The translations under genes were made by a program, and so were the position numbers. A DNA stretch of 24,000 nt from Candidatus Saccharimonadota bacterium. Lineage in GTDB: Bacteria > Patescibacteriota > Saccharimonadia > Saccharimonadales > UBA10212. Location of the stretch: contig JAIFWC010000002.1 in assembly GCA_019662065.1 (NCBI GenBank), forward strand, positions 9,298 through 33,297, read 5' to 3'. Position 1 is the stretch's first letter. Every line of letters begins with the position of its first letter. The notes under the pieces are model-generated. The model did no database searches and was not told the origin of the DNA. It was given only the letters and a program-made list of their open reading frames with translations. Of this stretch, positions 22,991-24,000 are shown piece by piece.

Positions 22991-24000
22991 TGCAAGGCCT
23001 CGGCCGGGTTTACTAAAGCTTCGCCAGCCGCGATGATATAACCAGCTCGTTCGGCTTCGTTAGGAACCGGCAGTTGACCGAACTTAATCGTCTGCCAAGG
23101 ATCCAGGTTTTGGGTTGGTAAGCGCAGTTGTTTTGATAAGTATTGATTAAAACCGGGCATAACAGAGCCGCCACCAACAGTGATAATCTGCGAAATTTCA
23201 CCACCAGATTTAGTGCCGCGCTCGGCATAAAACCGAATCGATTTTTCGATGGCTCCAATTAGAATATCCAGGCTAGGCTTAATGGCATCGATAATTCGCT
23301 GTTGGCGTTCGCTATAAGAAATTCCATACTCGTCTTTTAAATCAGCAGCCTGTTGTTCGCTCAAATGCAGTTGCTGTGCAATTAGCTCAGTCATGTTTTG
23401 ACCGCCGGTACTAACCGTACTGGCTACCAGCAAGGTTTTATCGTATACGGCAATATCAGATGTAACCGAACCAATATCAACAATGATAGCGGTTTCGGAC
23501 TGAGACACGCCCATCATCTGGACAATCCGCGAGGCGGCATTGATGGTCGGTTCAAAAGCGACTGGCTCCAGCTGCAGAGCTTCGAGCGTTCGATGGTAGC
23601 TATCAACGATATTTTTAGAAACCGCTACTAGCAACAGTTCCATACCGGCTGGGTCCCTATGGGTAATTTCGTAATCCAGATATAAGTTGTTAAGTGGAAT
23701 TGGTATATACTGCTCGGCTTCAAGATGGATAGCATCCATGATAGCCTCGTGGTCCATAAGCGGTATCTTCATTGGCCGGCTAAAGGTCCGCGAAGCCGGT
23801 AAGCTGCAAGCCACCCGTCGGCTATTGATAGTGCCAGCCAAACTTTTTTCAAACAACTTGTGCATAGCCTCGGCAATAAGCTCTGGCTTAATAATCACAC
23901 CATTTTCAATTGCCTGGGCATCAAATTCACTGACGCCATAACCTAAAATATTCAAGGACTTGCCCGGCAGATTATTTACCTGCATGGCTTTTAAGCTAGA
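22987..24000 (-). CDS. pilM: Type IV pilus assembly ATPase-fold protein PilM (N-terminus beyond the window end)
   Basis: Actin-like/FtsA-like motifs: AIIVDIGSVTSDIAVY, STGGQNMTELIA, IITVGGGSVMPGFNQYL. The frame stays open upstream of the track's first Met (23985) to position 24000. The expected N-terminal GIDIG motif is missing, so the gene is 5'-truncated by the window. Confidence 0.85.
   Translation of the reverse strand, partial: SSLKAMQVNNLPGKSLNILGYGVSEFDAQAIENGVIIKPELIAEAMHKLFEKSLAGTINSRRVACSLPASRTFSRPMKIPLMDHEAIMDAIHLEAEQYIPIPLNNLYLDYEITHRDPAGMELLLVAVSKNIVDSYHRTLEALQLEPVAFEPTINAASRIVQMMGVSQSETAIIVDIGSVTSDIAVYDKTLLVASTVSTGGQNMTELIAQQLHLSEQQAADLKDEYGISYSERQQRIIDAIKPSLDILIGAIEKSIRFYAERGTKSGGEISQIITVGGGSVMPGFNQYLSKQLRLPTQNLDPWQTIKFGQLPVPNEAERAGYIIAAGEALVNPAEALQ

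Overview
The window looks like a chromosomal segment from a small-genome, moderate-GC bacterium. Gene content suggests Patescibacteria/CPR, possibly Saccharibacteria: a standalone GIY-YIG protein, a short TilS, an RRM RNA-binding protein, a secreted LysM-Rpf protein and a pilMNO operon. This taxonomic call is an inference only.

Most of the window is tightly packed housekeeping genes:
- A long plus-strand operon (2128-8977) encodes GIY-YIG, ComEC, YebC, an S51 peptidase, RuvC, RuvA, an orphan 379-aa protein, Dus and Pcm.
- Further right come tRNA-Ile2-like(CAU) with an FtsB/DivIC-like gene, the LysM-Rpf gene, initiator tRNA-fMet, and a redox/electrophile-stress cluster (MBL-fold, OsmC, LUD, HxlR, DJ-1/PfpI, FAD oxidoreductase).
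- An RRM protein gene and tRNA-Met lie within that cluster's span.
- The right end carries tilS-ftsH, ruvB, a bPH_2 membrane protein, and a minus-strand pilM-pilN-pilO operon that runs off the window.

I found no CRISPR array, transposase, integrase or recognisable defence genes.

The unusual parts are small and mostly non-coding:
1. Two tandem expression cassettes (835-2037) share a duplicated promoter, 5' UTR, signal peptide and terminator. They also share a covarying bulged UUCG hairpin. These conserved parts surround GC3-rich, strongly diverged small secreted proteins.
2. A roughly 169-nt multi-helix RNA candidate directly abuts tRNA-Lys.
3. The first 8 codons of ruvB are duplicated upstream with synonymous-only differences, forming a probable leaderless uORF.
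4. A fragment of the tRNA-fMet 3' end is split by a GC-rich structured insert.
5. The FtsB/DivIC-like gene starts 5 nt after a tRNA.
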